Assembly: GCA_963724725.1 (NCBI GenBank)
Contig: CAVRVT010000001.1
Location: forward strand, 942,407-1,006,406
Direction: 5' to 3'
Origin: an uncultured Acidobacteriota bacterium
GTDB lineage: Bacteria > Acidobacteriota > Vicinamibacteria > Vicinamibacterales > CAVVIG01
Length of the DNA stretch: 64,000 bases
In this document: one piece after another, positions 63,868 to 64,000 of the stretch
How positions within the stretch are numbered: position 1 is the stretch's first letter
Layout: each line of letters opens with the position of its first letter
Position numbers and translations under genes: made by a program
The notes under the pieces: model-generated
The model's database searches: none
Told to the model about the DNA's origin: nothing
Seen by the model: the letters and a program-made list of their open reading frames with translations, nothing else

Positions 63868-64000
63868 TCAATTGCTCACGCGTTTGACGATGAGGTCCAC
63901 GGCTGGCACCTGCGACTCGGCGGTGAGCTCGGACGCCAGGAAGACCGCAGGCCCGAGCGCGGGGAACATGACGTGCACCGGCAGCGATCCGATGACGGTT
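63868..64000 (-). CDS. 3' end of an upstream gene (partial), probable paralog tail
   Basis: The open frame to the window edge reads ..VIGSLPVHVMFPALGPAVFLASELTAESQVPAVDLIVKRVSN-stop (TGA at 63868-63870). Confidence 0.45.
   Translation of the reverse strand, partial: TVIGSLPVHVMFPALGPAVFLASELTAESQVPAVDLIVKRVSN

Noticed and set aside
1-64000. Mobile elements, prophage, tRNA/rRNA genes, known defence systems
   Set aside because: I found no transposase, integrase, recombinase, phage structural or nuclease/ATPase defence-type ORFs, no long terminal inverted repeats and no tRNA-like intergenic segments. A tRNA or ncRNA scan was not possible by eye, so small RNAs cannot be excluded.

Overview
High-GC bacterial chromosomal segment (GC judged by eye, not computed). 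By inference it comes from a soil Acidobacteria- or Gemmatimonadetes-like organism. It is densely packed with about 65 protein-coding genes on both strands. Most encode secreted or periplasmic hydrolases: three MBL-fold enzymes, three alpha/beta hydrolases, M1/M24/M28 peptidases, a class-C-like serine hydrolase and a NodB deacetylase. Small redox and cupin proteins, transporters and many regulators are also present: TetR, MocR, three ECF-type sigma factors and one Ser/Thr kinase. I recognised no rRNA, tRNA, CRISPR array, transposase, integrase or phage gene. Many long ORFs in the six-frame track are antisense shadow ORFs, as expected for high-GC DNA. The most unusual locus is a 1195-aa secreted metzincin-like multidomain protein (22333-25920, minus). 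It carries ten perfect tandem GRGDI pentapeptides, an RGD array, encoded by seven different synonymous 15-mers. Upstream on the same strand lie a coiled-coil/PEGA membrane protein and a 3D-domain protein. Second, the window has many damaged genes: five frame disruptions, two apparent in-frame core deletions and one decayed AraC remnant. Four of the frame disruptions sit at a GTAC tetranucleotide with one extra base after it. This suggests either a motif-specific sequencing artefact (for example GTAC methylation) or a genuine recoding or mutational hotspot. Other points of interest are a signal-less tyrosinase plus MelC1-like caddie pair heading a long same-strand gene run, a duplicated 16-bp palindromic operator flanking a tetR gene, and several short tandem DNA repeats at gene boundaries. 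All functional calls come from motif recognition and remembered family features, not from database searches.
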